Positions 1 to 9,025 of a stretch of DNA of 64,000 nucleotides are shown in pieces. A program made the position numbers and the translations under genes. Position 1 is the first letter of the stretch, and each line of letters opens with the position of its first letter. The notes beneath the pieces were generated by a model that saw only the letters and a program-made list of their open reading frames with translations, was not told the DNA's origin and did no database searches. This DNA is from an uncultured Flavobacteriaceae bacterium (GTDB lineage Bacteria > Bacteroidota > Bacteroidia > Flavobacteriales > Flavobacteriaceae): contig CAZQGX010000011.1 in the NCBI GenBank assembly GCA_964593255.1, positions 99 to 64,098 of the forward strand, written 5' to 3'.

Positions 1-1
1 A

Positions 2-193
2 GTAAGTGGATTATTGTTTGAATGGCTAAAAAAAGTAGCCGTTGCAAACAAAGTGAAAGGTGTAAATATTATTCACAGAGTAAAACGCTTTTTCTATCAA
101 TACATTAGCGTATGCGCTAAAATTGTAAAACATGCCAGGCTACAAAGCATCGTCATATTTAATCACGCAGATTATAAAATCCTACAAACATAG
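2..193 (+). CDS. DDE transposase, C-terminal fragment (IS1380/IS4-like); 5' part lies outside the window
   Basis: The frame ending at TAG 191-193 reads ...NIIHRVKRFFYQYISVCAKIVKHARLQSIVIFNHADYKILQT. A basic C-terminal helix of this kind (AKIVKHAR + hydrophobic strand) is typical of IS1380/IS4-type transposases, from memory only. Confidence 0.45.
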   Translation, partial: VSGLLFEWLKKVAVANKVKGVNIIHRVKRFFYQYISVCAKIVKHARLQSIVIFNHADYKILQT

Positions 194-860
194 TTCAATT
201 GATTTATTGGTTTAAGAAGTACCCCATTGATTTGGGTAAGGGATTTTGTGTCAAATAACCACTAAAATACTAACTTTCAGAGCATTTTTGTAAAAATGTA
301 TGGCTCTGATGGTAGGTAAAAAGTTTTGAGATTATTAAAATTATAGCTTGCGATTATTGGGTTACCACAAAAAAATAATTGCAGTTAACCCGAGAAATTC
401 ATTAAAATGCAAAAAACATGAGTGTAAAGTGTCGTATTTAAGTGCTTAGAAACAAATATTTTACTTTTTAAAAACACCAAGATTTGAGCAATAAAAATAC
501 ACTATTAATTACATAGATAACCTATTTATTTTCTGTAAGGCTGGCGTCATTCAGATGGCAAGAACTTTATTTGGGCTTAATTACGTAACTTGGGAATCTG
601 CTTATAAATGTTAGACTTATTTAAGGCTACCGTTAGGATTTGTTATAAGTCAAAAGGGAAATATTCCATCTAAACAATCTAGAGATAGAATACCTAGGTT
701 ATAAGTTGGGGTAGATTAGTCCGTAGTAGTTATGAAGGTTCTGTGATGAAACTGCAGCAAAGGGATTAAGTGGAATAGTTGCATTTTTAGGAATCAACTT
801 GCGAAAGTGAGGAGGAATTTTTTTGAATGAAAGAAAAACTATTTTAGATTTGTACAACAA

Positions 861-934
861 GAGCCGTGTGAGGGGAGTCTTTCAAGCACGGTTGTGAGAG
901 AAGGTTAGGGGGGAACTCCCTTTGCCTACTCGAT
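861..934 (+). ncRNA. Group II intron domain V / domain VI-like RNA (3' end of an ORF-less or degenerate intron)
   Basis: 861-894 GAGCCGUGUGAGGGGAGUCUUUCAAGCACGGUUG is 34 nt. It has the AGC triad paired A-U/G-U/C-G, a U9-G26 wobble, a 2-nt bulge at positions 24-25, a 5-bp upper helix and a tetraloop, the same layout as yeast ai5gamma D5. 898-931 folds as a stem with bulged A928 in CCUACU, 6 nt before an AU at 933-934. Confidence 0.55.
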
Positions 935-980
935 TACATAACCATTACAAACCAGCGAAAACAAAAACGATCACAAATTA

Positions 981-1850
981 ATGAACAGCATTTGGAACAG
1001 AATAAAAGCTAAAATTAACTATGTTTTCAATCCTAAAAAGGAAGAAGAGGAAAAAACTTATTTGGACGAATTACTCAATAATTTAAAAGAATCTCTAATA
1101 AATAATAGAACTTTAAAATTCCAAATTAAATCAGCAAAAAGGAATGGGTTTGTTGTTAAAGTAGGTGGAATGTTTGCATTTATATCATACAATTATATGC
1201 CGTGGGAGTATAAGTCAATTCAAAATTGGCGTGGCGTTTCAAAGCATTTAATAAACCAAGTGTTTTATTGCAAAATTCATAGTATTGATGAAAACACAAT
1301 ACCTATAAAAATTTTGATCAATGCTGAAAATCACAGATTTCAAAAAAAAACCTTGACTGAAAATGAACGATACAAAGGGATTGTAATTCACAAATCAAAA
1401 TATGGCCTTTTTGTAGATATAGGGTATCACTATAATTGGGATTTTGGAAGCTTTGTAGGATTAATCTATAAGTCCACCTACCTAAATGATGATAAGTTAT
1501 TATCAGCAGTTGTAGGGGATATTGTGGAATCACACTATTTTGGAGTAAAAAAAAATGGGGAAATTATCCTGGGCAACAAATATTTTCAAAAAGAATGGTT
1601 GACTGGAGAGCTAGAGAATTATGTCGGGACTAATAGAATGGCAATGGTAATGACGGACGAAACAGGAAAAAGAGGTTATTTTATTGATGGTAAATTTAGA
1701 ACCGTAATTCACTTAAACAAAGAAAGGTTTCCTAATAGAAACAAGTTAAAAAAAGATCTCAACAACTTAAAATTGTACAGCGAATTTGAATGTAAGATAT
1801 TAAGGATAAGTAAAAGTGATAACTTTGTATCTGAACCAGTAGGTATTTGA
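981..1850 (+). CDS. Hypothetical protein with repeated S1/OB-like RNA-binding motifs
   Basis: 289-aa ORF. Segments such as GFVVKVGGMFAFISYNYMP and YKGIVIHKSKYGLFVDIG...GLIYKS resemble the S1 signature G.V..V..fGaFV....GL.h.s. No closer family recognised. Confidence 0.5.
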   Translation: MNSIWNRIKAKINYVFNPKKEEEEKTYLDELLNNLKESLINNRTLKFQIKSAKRNGFVVKVGGMFAFISYNYMPWEYKSIQNWRGVSKHLINQVFYCKIHSIDENTIPIKILINAENHRFQKKTLTENERYKGIVIHKSKYGLFVDIGYHYNWDFGSFVGLIYKSTYLNDDKLLSAVVGDIVESHYFGVKKNGEIILGNKYFQKEWLTGELENYVGTNRMAMVMTDETGKRGYFIDGKFRTVIHLNKERFPNRNKLKKDLNNLKLYSEFECKILRISKSDNFVSEPVGI

Positions 1851-1920
1851 TTAAAGTACGTGCAGGAACTTAGTAAATATAGGTTTTATGTCAATGAGCA
1901 GATTATTCTTTGAGTTGCTT

Positions 1921-2135
1921 AAAAAAAGGTGGCTATTAAAAACAAAGTAAACGGCATAAGCATTATTCATAGAGTATAACTCTTTTTTATTAATACATTA
2001 GTGTATGCCCTAAAATCGTAAAACATGCTAGGTAACAAAGCATCGTAATTCGTGATCACGCGGTTTATACATTTCTTCAAACATTATTTAATTGCTTGAA
2101 TCTGTGATTTGACTTTTTAAGGGGCGCTCTAGATT
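1921..2135 (+). pseudogene. Degenerate second copy of the transposase 3' end seen at 1-235
   Basis: Aligns by eye with 30-235 (e.g. ISVCPKIVKHAR*QSIVIRDHAVYTFLQT versus ISVCAKIVKHARLQSIVIFNHADYKILQT) and contains in-frame stops. Confidence 0.6.
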
Positions 2136-2364
2136 AATCAAATAAGTTCTCACATTTCCTAACAAGCGCTTTTACATATTTAAATGATATATTGAAGTCA
2201 TTTAAACTTTTTCCATTTGTTAAAAAACTACTACTTTCCATTTTTAACCTTTTTTCTCTCTTAGCCCAGCTAAAAAACGCAAAAAAGCTTTCAAATAAAA
2301 ATCGTTAATTTTTGCTCAATTGTTTAAAATCTAAATCACTTCATTATCATTAACACAGCGCCAC

Positions 2365-3453
2365 TTAACTTTTCATTACTTTTTCTTGATGTACAATAGA
2401 TTCTTGGTGTATGGCCTTAAAGACTTTAAGAATAAATTCTTCACTTAAATCTTGCTCTTTTCCTTGCAAGATCATTTTACCTAGTATCTCGTTCCATCTT
2501 TTAGACTGTAAAACAGCTACATTGCGTTCTTTTTTTAGACCTCCTATGGCATCTGCCGTTTTCATTCTTTTGCCTAGCGATTCAATAATAGAATTATCGA
2601 TAATATCTATTTGTGAGCGCAGCATGCCCAGTTTTGACTGGTATCCTTCTTCATCGTCTTGCTCTTTTCTAATGCGCAAGTCTTTGAAAATTTGTAACAG
2701 GGTGGCAGGGGTTACTTGCTGTGCAGCATCACTCCAGGCGTTATCTGGGTCATAATGTGACTCGATCATCAACCCGTCAAAATTCAGGTCTAGTGCAGTT
2801 TGTGACACCTCAAATATCATGTCTCTATTTCCTGTAATGTGCGACGGGTCACAAATTAGGGGCATATCTGGATATTTAGTTTGAAAATCTACCGCTATTT
2901 GCCATTCTGGATTGTTGCGGTATTTTGACTTGCTATAGGTAGAAAACCCCCTGTGTATCACGCCTAGATTTTTAATATTTGCAGTGTATAAACGTTCTAC
3001 TGCGCCTATCCACAATGCTAGATCTGGATTTACCGGGTTTTTTACTAAAACTATTTTATCAGTTCCCTTAAGGGCATCGGCTATTTCTTGTACGATAAAA
3101 GGACTTACTGTAGAGCGTGCCCCTATCCATAATAAGTCTATATCGTGTTCTAGTGCTAGTTCTACATGGGCTCTATTGGCTACCTCGGTTGCGGTAAGTA
3201 GGCCTGTTTCTGCTTTGGCTTTTTGTAACCATTTAAGCCCTATGGCACCCACCCCTTCAAAATTTCCTGGGCGGGTTCTAGGTTTCCAGATGCCTGCTCT
3301 TAAATAAGTGACATCATTATCTTTTAACTCATGTGCGATTTTTAGTACTTGCTCCTCCGTCTCTGCGCTGCATGGTCCAGCGATAACGATGGGGTGATTT
3401 AATTGATGGGCGTCTAGCCAGTTTCTAAATTCTTTATTATTTTCCATTTTCAA
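2365..3453 (-). CDS. Bifunctional 3-deoxy-7-phosphoheptulonate (DAHP) synthase / chorismate mutase
   Basis: N-terminal KDO8P/DAHPS type I-beta-like region (PIVIAGPCSAE, CDPSH). C-terminal chorismate mutase type II-like helical domain (LRSQIDIIDNSIIESLGKRM). Confidence 0.85.
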   Translation of the reverse strand: MKMENNKEFRNWLDAHQLNHPIVIAGPCSAETEEQVLKIAHELKDNDVTYLRAGIWKPRTRPGNFEGVGAIGLKWLQKAKAETGLLTATEVANRAHVELALEHDIDLLWIGARSTVSPFIVQEIADALKGTDKIVLVKNPVNPDLALWIGAVERLYTANIKNLGVIHRGFSTYSKSKYRNNPEWQIAVDFQTKYPDMPLICDPSHITGNRDMIFEVSQTALDLNFDGLMIESHYDPDNAWSDAAQQVTPATLLQIFKDLRIRKEQDDEEGYQSKLGMLRSQIDIIDNSIIESLGKRMKTADAIGGLKKERNVAVLQSKRWNEILGKMILQGKEQDLSEEFILKVFKAIHQESIVHQEKVMKS

Positions 3454-4297
3454 TTCCTTTCAGTATCGTTTTTATTCTATTGGTTTGTTCCATATCTTTA
3501 AATATGGCGTGGTGATCGTTGTTTTTTACGCTTTCGCGAAAGCGAGATAAATTTTCAATATATGCATCTAAACCCGCTAGCACGTATTTTTTATTTTGTG
3601 CAAAAATAGGGGTCCACATGGCTGGCGAGCTTTTTGCAAGGCGCACGGTACTTTCAAAACCACTACCAGCGAGATCAAAAATATCGCGCTCGTTTTGCTC
3701 TTCTTCTATAACAGTTTTACCCAGCATAAAACTAGAAATGTGGGATAAGTGTGATACATAGGCAATGTGCTTATCATGTGCTGCTGCGGTCATGTATCGC
3801 AATCGCATCCCTAGTTGTGAAAATAGATTTGCCGCAATATCATGCAAGGTAGTAGCCGTTTTGTCTACCTCGCAAATAATTATGGTTTTCTTTACAAATA
3901 AATTACTAATCGCCGCATCTGGTCCTGAAAATTCGGTTCCCGCAATAGGGTGTGCGGCAAGAAACTGCGCGCGATGTGGATGATGGGTTACAGCATTACA
4001 AATAGCTTCTTTAGTAGAGCCTACATCTATAACCAGTGTGTTTTTTGCAACCATATCTAAAACTTGTGGCAGTATTTCTAGGGTGGCATCTACTGGTATA
4101 GAAATAATAACCAGGCAGGCACAGGCAATATCTTGTAATTGCGCCACCTGATCTATAATGCCGTTTTCTTTTGCTTTTTGCGCGTGTTGTGCATTATTGT
4201 CTATACCATAAAAGGTAGCGCTAGGGTAGTGCACACGCATGTCCTTGAGTAGCGACCCACCTATTAAACCAGTGCCTATTAAAAAAATATGTTTCAT
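3437..4297 (-). CDS. tyrA: Prephenate dehydrogenase
   Basis: Rossmann start MKHIFLIGTGLIGGSL and the HP.AG motif (AAHPIAGTE). Start trimmed to the internal ATG abutting the stop of the upstream gene. Confidence 0.85.
   Translation of the reverse strand: MKHIFLIGTGLIGGSLLKDMRVHYPSATFYGIDNNAQHAQKAKENGIIDQVAQLQDIACACLVIISIPVDATLEILPQVLDMVAKNTLVIDVGSTKEAICNAVTHHPHRAQFLAAHPIAGTEFSGPDAAISNLFVKKTIIICEVDKTATTLHDIAANLFSQLGMRLRYMTAAAHDKHIAYVSHLSHISSFMLGKTVIEEEQNERDIFDLAGSGFESTVRLAKSSPAMWTPIFAQNKKYVLAGLDAYIENLSRFRESVKNNDHHAIFKDMEQTNRIKTILKGIENGK
3529..3544. repeat. CGCTTTCGCGAAAGCG palindrome, exact, inside tyrA
   Basis: Exact 16-mer, translated as SRFRES in tyrA. Confidence 0.95.
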
Positions 4298-5457
4298 TTG
4301 TCGGTCTTTTTGTTTACTCGTGTGATCATTTCTGTTATTTGATCTTCTGGCACACACAGGGAAAGTCTTACATATCCCGCACCATTATTGCCAAAAATGC
4401 TTCCTGGCGCGATGAATATGTATTGTTCATACAGCAATTCATTTACAAAAGTCTTGTCATCTTCTTTACCTGTGGGTAGTTTACACCACACAAATAACCC
4501 ACCGTGCTGCTCTTGTGGCTGTAAACCAAGTGCGTTAGCCAGTTGCAGGGTTAATTCCCTGCGTTTTTGATAAATATGGTTTTGGTTTTCTAACCAACTG
4601 TCTTTGGTTTGTAATGCTGCAATAGCGCCTTGCTGTATGCCATAAAACATACCGCTGTCCATATTTGTTTTTACTTTTAGAACTTCTTTTAATAATGCGG
4701 CATCGCCAGTAAGCATACCCACACGCCAGCCAGCCATATTAAAGGTTTTACTAAGTGAGTTGAGTTCTAATACGTTTTTTGACTTACCAGCAGCCAGATG
4801 AATACTTAGTTTTTGATCATAACCAGCGCAACTATATGGGTTATCGTTAATTAATAAAATGTCATTTTTATTAGTAAAAGCAAGTAGTTTTTCAAAAACC
4901 TCTTGCGACCCTGCAACACCTGTGGGCATATTAGGATAATTGACCCACATGATTTTTACCTTGCTTACATCTATTTGTTCTAGCACATTAAAATCTGGTA
5001 ACCAATCATTTTCTGCATTAAGATGATAAGTGACTGCGCTTGCCTGGCACAACAGTGTTGCACTGGCATATGTAGGATATCCAGGATCTGGTATCAATAC
5101 CTGGTCTCCCGGATTTAAAAATGCCATAGAAATGTGCAAGATACCCTCTTTACTACCCATTAAAGGAATGATCTCGGTGGCGGGGTCTAGCGTTACATTA
5201 TAATGATTGTGATAAAAATCTGCTATCGCTTGTCTTAATTCTGGTAATCCCATATAGCTTTGGTAACCATGTGCTTTGGGATTTTGCAGGGCAAGCGACA
5301 GTGCAGATAGCACCCCATCAGGTGGCGGTAAATCTGGATTTCCAATACCAGCATTGATGATGGGTATTCCTGCGTCGATTAAGGTTTTTACCTCGCGCAA
5401 TTTGGTAGCAAAGTAATATTCTTTAACTGTATCTAGACGTTGGGCGGTGGTGATCAT
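4294..5457 (-). CDS. Class I/II PLP-dependent aminotransferase (aspartate/prephenate type)
   Basis: NPxNPTG-like motif (NYPNMPTG) and the SLSKTFNMAGWRVG lysine motif. Lies inside the Phe/Tyr operon. Confidence 0.85.
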   Translation of the reverse strand: MITTAQRLDTVKEYYFATKLREVKTLIDAGIPIINAGIGNPDLPPPDGVLSALSLALQNPKAHGYQSYMGLPELRQAIADFYHNHYNVTLDPATEIIPLMGSKEGILHISMAFLNPGDQVLIPDPGYPTYASATLLCQASAVTYHLNAENDWLPDFNVLEQIDVSKVKIMWVNYPNMPTGVAGSQEVFEKLLAFTNKNDILLINDNPYSCAGYDQKLSIHLAAGKSKNVLELNSLSKTFNMAGWRVGMLTGDAALLKEVLKVKTNMDSGMFYGIQQGAIAALQTKDSWLENQNHIYQKRRELTLQLANALGLQPQEQHGGLFVWCKLPTGKEDDKTFVNELLYEQYIFIAPGSIFGNNGAGYVRLSLCVPEDQITEMITRVNKKTDK

Positions 5458-6266
5458 AAAGTATGCGATTTATATATTCCTAATACTTGTAAAGACTCTA
5501 CCAGCAGGCCTATTTCTAGCAACACCTCGTCAAATTGTGATTGCTGCTCAAATTCAAGATCGGCTACAAAAGAGAAAACAAATGCTTGTTCAATAATTGG
5601 CACCGATTGTATTTTTGAAACATTGATTTTAAGACCTGCTATTTTAGTTAAAATTTTTGCAAGACTACCAGGATGGTGCCCTGCTGTAAAATAGATGGTA
5701 GCCTTATTTGTATTAGTTATAGAGGTAGGCGCTGCAGTTACAATAACAAAACGAGTTGCATTGTTAGTTATCTCTTGTATTTGATCGTTAATAATGTTTA
5801 AATGATACAATTGTGCGGCATGTGCACTAGCTATTGCCGCAACACCTTGTTTTTGATCTCTAAAAATGCGGTAGGCAGCTGCAGCGGTATCATCGGTTTC
5901 TAAAAGCTGCACGTGTGGGTGATTCTTAAAAAACGAGGTGCATTGCAATAGCGCCATAGGGTGCGAGTGCACCTCTTTAATGTCATTAATTTTTTGACCA
6001 GGTAGTGCCATCAGTTTATGATTGATGTATAGGTGATACTCGCCCACAATTTGCAAATTGTAATCCTTGATCAAGTTATAGTTGGGTAAAATGCTGCCAG
6101 CAATAGAATTACCTATGGCCATAATGCCGCGGTCTACCTCTTTGTTTGCTACTGCTATGGCAACTAGGTCAAAAGATGTACATTCTTGTAAGGACACCTT
6201 TTTATAAAGCTGCGCCGCGACCTGATCGTGATAAGAACCTTTGATTCCTTGTATGGCTATTTTCAT
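5454..6266 (-). CDS. pheA: Prephenate dehydratase
   Basis: PDT domain (IQGIKGSYHD, TRF motif NATRFVIV) plus a C-terminal ACT-like domain (PGSLAKIL). Confidence 0.9.
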   Translation of the reverse strand: MKIAIQGIKGSYHDQVAAQLYKKVSLQECTSFDLVAIAVANKEVDRGIMAIGNSIAGSILPNYNLIKDYNLQIVGEYHLYINHKLMALPGQKINDIKEVHSHPMALLQCTSFFKNHPHVQLLETDDTAAAAYRIFRDQKQGVAAIASAHAAQLYHLNIINDQIQEITNNATRFVIVTAAPTSITNTNKATIYFTAGHHPGSLAKILTKIAGLKINVSKIQSVPIIEQAFVFSFVADLEFEQQSQFDEVLLEIGLLVESLQVLGIYKSHTL

Positions 6267-6274
6267 TTTTTTGT

Positions 6275-6302
6275 AAAAAAAAAGCCCTGATCAAATCAGG
6301 AC
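6275..6302 (-). terminator. Intrinsic terminator (attenuator) 8 nt upstream of the pheA start
   Basis: The minus strand reads GUCCUGA-UUUGA-UCAGGGC (7-bp stem) followed by U9. Confidence 0.7.
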
Positions 6303-6329
6303 TTAATTGTGTTTTATATTTTTAAATTA

Positions 6330-6398
6330 TTACAATATTGTCCTTGCTTCTATAAAATAGAAGTAAAATCCATACCAGAAATAATTGCTTGTCGTCAT
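6330..6398 (-). CDS. Aromatic-rich leader peptide MTTSNYFWYGFYFYFIEARTIL
   Basis: Hand translation of the minus strand gives 22 codons. Residues 6-15 are YFWYGFYFYF. It lies upstream of the terminator and the Phe/Tyr biosynthesis operon. Confidence 0.65.
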   Translation of the reverse strand: MTTSNYFWYGFYFYFIEARTIL

Positions 6399-6523
6399 AA
6401 TAAGTTGCTAAAGTAAAATAGATTTTTTTAAATACCTTGTTTTTAAAGGTGTTTAATTTATTAATTTAACTCAAACGATATAGTTGGACTAGTTTTTAAT
6501 GTCGCTTTTATGTTCTCGCTTTT

Positions 6524-6553
6524 ATGATTTCGCTTTCGCGAAAGCGAAATCAT
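6524..6553. repeat. Palindromic element, exact core within a 30-nt perfect palindrome
   Basis: ATGATTTCGCTTTCGCGAAAGCGAAATCAT, intergenic. Preceded by two partial TCGCTTTTATG repeats. Confidence 0.95.
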
Positions 6554-6936
6554 AAAGTTTATCTCGTTGCATAACAAGACGAAAGCGTGATAAAAGAAAA
6601 CTGTTGCCCCAATTATTAAAGTATAAAAGCAAAATAGAGTCGATGTCGTAAGGCTATATTATGAAATCGAGAAAAAACAAGCATAAGTCTTTATACTACA
6701 AATTTTATTTTTAGGTAAATTAATTGGCTAATCATAACATAATTTATAATTGTTTATCAACTATTTACAAATTATCGTTGATGTTTTATCTGGGTTTTAT
6801 TGCTGAAATTGATGCCTAAACAAGCCAGTATCCATAAACCAATCCTTAATAACAAAAGTAAATAAGATAGAAAATATAATTTCTTAATGTAACAAAAGTT
6901 ACTTTTAAAAATGATTAGTTAAAATAAATTTGAAGT

Positions 6937-7230
6937 ATGTATAAACATACATTCATTTTTATTGTCTTTTTGTTACTAAATTGTGAAAATGCTTATTCAC
7001 AAGACTTTACAATTGAAAAAAACATAGCTTTTCTTAGTAATGATAGTTTACAGGGTAGATTAGTAGGTTCACCGTCTGAAAAAATTGCGGCAACATACAT
7101 TGCGCAAGTATTTGAACATTACAATTTAATCCCCGCCTTGGATAATAGCTATTTTCAAAACTTTAATTTCACTTATCATAGTAAGCCTCACGATACCTTA
7201 ATAATCATACAGTATGAACAGAGTTTTTAA
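6937..7230 (+). pseudogene. N-terminal remnant of an M28-family peptidase
   Basis: The 97-aa ORF has a signal peptide and NIAFLSNDSLQGRLVGSPSEKIAATYIAQVFEHYNL, like the N-terminus of M28 aminopeptidases. It ends before any catalytic region and overlaps the next gene. Confidence 0.4.
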
Positions 7231-8824
7231 AATTGCTATCATCTTGCTTTTAATAGTGAGTTTTAAAGCACAAGCGCAAAGTAATTTTAATTACCAGCTT
7301 TCATTAGTGCCAGTTTCTGTCACAAATTTACCAGGGCTGCACTCATATGTTTATGCCCAGCATCAAGGTAAATGGCTAATTATCGGGGGACGTAAAGACG
7401 GGTTGCACGCCAGACAGCCATTTAATGCATTTCCAGCATCGCAAAACAATACAGATATGTATGTTGTAGATGTAGTAAATAACCAGGTTTGGTCTGCTTC
7501 TGTAAATAGTTTACCTACCTTAATAAATGAGCAGTTGCAATCAACAAACATGAATTTTTATCAAGATGGAGATTCTTTGTATATCATAGGTGGCTATGGC
7601 TTCTCAACTAGTGCAAATGATCATATAACTTATCCCTATCTTACTTCTGTTAATGTAAGTGGATTGATGAATGCTATAGAAAATAATCAACCTATTACAC
7701 CATATTTTAAACAGATTCAAGACAATATTTTTGCAGTATCAGGTGGGCACCTTAAAGAGTTAAATGGGCAATTCTATTTAGTGGGTGGACATCGTTTTGA
7801 TGGCCGCTATAATCCTATGGGCAACCCAACTTATACACAAGCTTACACAAATCAAATAAGGATATTTTCAATCGATAATTCTGGCACACAGCTCAGTTAC
7901 AACAACTATTCAGCAATAACAGATGCTGTTCATTTAAGAAGAAGGGATTACAATTTATTGCCTCAAATTTTCCCAAACGGTGATCAAGGGTTAACCATAT
8001 CTTCAGGAGTTTTTCAAATTAATGCAAACCTACCCTTTTTGTATCCCGTTGATATTACGGGTAGTGGCTATAATCCTATTACAACATTCAACCAGTATTT
8101 AAGCAACTATCACAGTCCTGTATTGTGCATGTATGATAGTGCTGCAAATAACATGCATTCCATTTTCTTTGGAGGTATGAGCCAGTATTATTACCAGAAT
8201 GGCAACCTAATTCAAGACAATTCTGTCCCTTTTGTTAAAACAATTAGCCGTGTAACTAGAGATGCAAATGGAAATTTAACTGAATATCAACTACCTATTG
8301 AGATGCCCAATTTAAAAGGCACAAGTGCAGAGTTTATACCTAATTTAAATCTACCTCATTATCCTAACAAGGTATTTAAGACTAATGATATAACTCAAAC
8401 TACTTTTATGGCGGGGCATATATACGGTGGTATCAGCAGTCCATCTTTAAATCCATTTTCAAATAATCAAACTACTACAACTAGTGCTGATAATTCTATT
8501 TATGAAGTATGGTTAACAACTACACCACTATCAACAGATGAATTTGAAATTGATGGAAAAAACCCATATGATGTAATTGTTTTTCCTAATCCATTTGATA
8601 ATTTATTCGCTGTGAAATTTAACGTAAATCAGACGGTTAAAGCCAGCTATTTTATAAGCAATAGTTTGGGACAAATCGTTAAAAAGACATCAAACCAAAA
8701 TTTCAACACAGGAGAAAACACCCTAAATATAAAAATTGATGAAGAACTTTCTTCAGGTCAATACACCATAACATTTGTATTTGACAACAAGTATTATGTC
8801 ACAAAAAAGATCGTAAAAAAATAA
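7214..8824 (+). CDS. T9SS C-terminal-target protein with Kelch-like beta-propeller repeats
   Basis: Signal peptide. Repeated ..W..IGG/..Y..GG motifs. The C-terminus VIVFPNPFDNLFAVKFN...YTITFVFDNKYYVTKKIVKK is a type A T9SS sorting domain. Confidence 0.75.
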   Translation: MNRVFKIAIILLLIVSFKAQAQSNFNYQLSLVPVSVTNLPGLHSYVYAQHQGKWLIIGGRKDGLHARQPFNAFPASQNNTDMYVVDVVNNQVWSASVNSLPTLINEQLQSTNMNFYQDGDSLYIIGGYGFSTSANDHITYPYLTSVNVSGLMNAIENNQPITPYFKQIQDNIFAVSGGHLKELNGQFYLVGGHRFDGRYNPMGNPTYTQAYTNQIRIFSIDNSGTQLSYNNYSAITDAVHLRRRDYNLLPQIFPNGDQGLTISSGVFQINANLPFLYPVDITGSGYNPITTFNQYLSNYHSPVLCMYDSAANNMHSIFFGGMSQYYYQNGNLIQDNSVPFVKTISRVTRDANGNLTEYQLPIEMPNLKGTSAEFIPNLNLPHYPNKVFKTNDITQTTFMAGHIYGGISSPSLNPFSNNQTTTTSADNSIYEVWLTTTPLSTDEFEIDGKNPYDVIVFPNPFDNLFAVKFNVNQTVKASYFISNSLGQIVKKTSNQNFNTGENTLNIKIDEELSSGQYTITFVFDNKYYVTKKIVKK

Positions 8825-8963
8825 GTGCCGCCAGCCGTAGTTTAGTTTATTTTGTAGCCATAAGCCATAACGCCACAAGGGAAGTTAATATATAGGACAA
8901 TGATAAAGATTTGATGGTTTTCTATATGAATAAAGTTTAGGAGGAAGGAGTTGTTATTAAATT

Positions 8964-8979
8964 CGCTTTCGCGAAAGCG
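8964..8979. repeat. Palindromic element, exact
   Basis: Exact 16-mer, intergenic, upstream of gldA. Confidence 0.95.
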
Positions 8980-9025
8980 TAACTAAAAACTATCATCACA
9001 CCATTTCATTTCATATATTTACCAT

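Noticed and set aside
194-560. Searched for a group II intron 5' end (GUGYG) and IBS/EBS pairings.
   Set aside because: Only weak candidates were found (GUGUC at 245 and 431, GUGCU at 441, UUGCG at 349). None could be supported by eye, so the 5' boundary is left undefined rather than reported.
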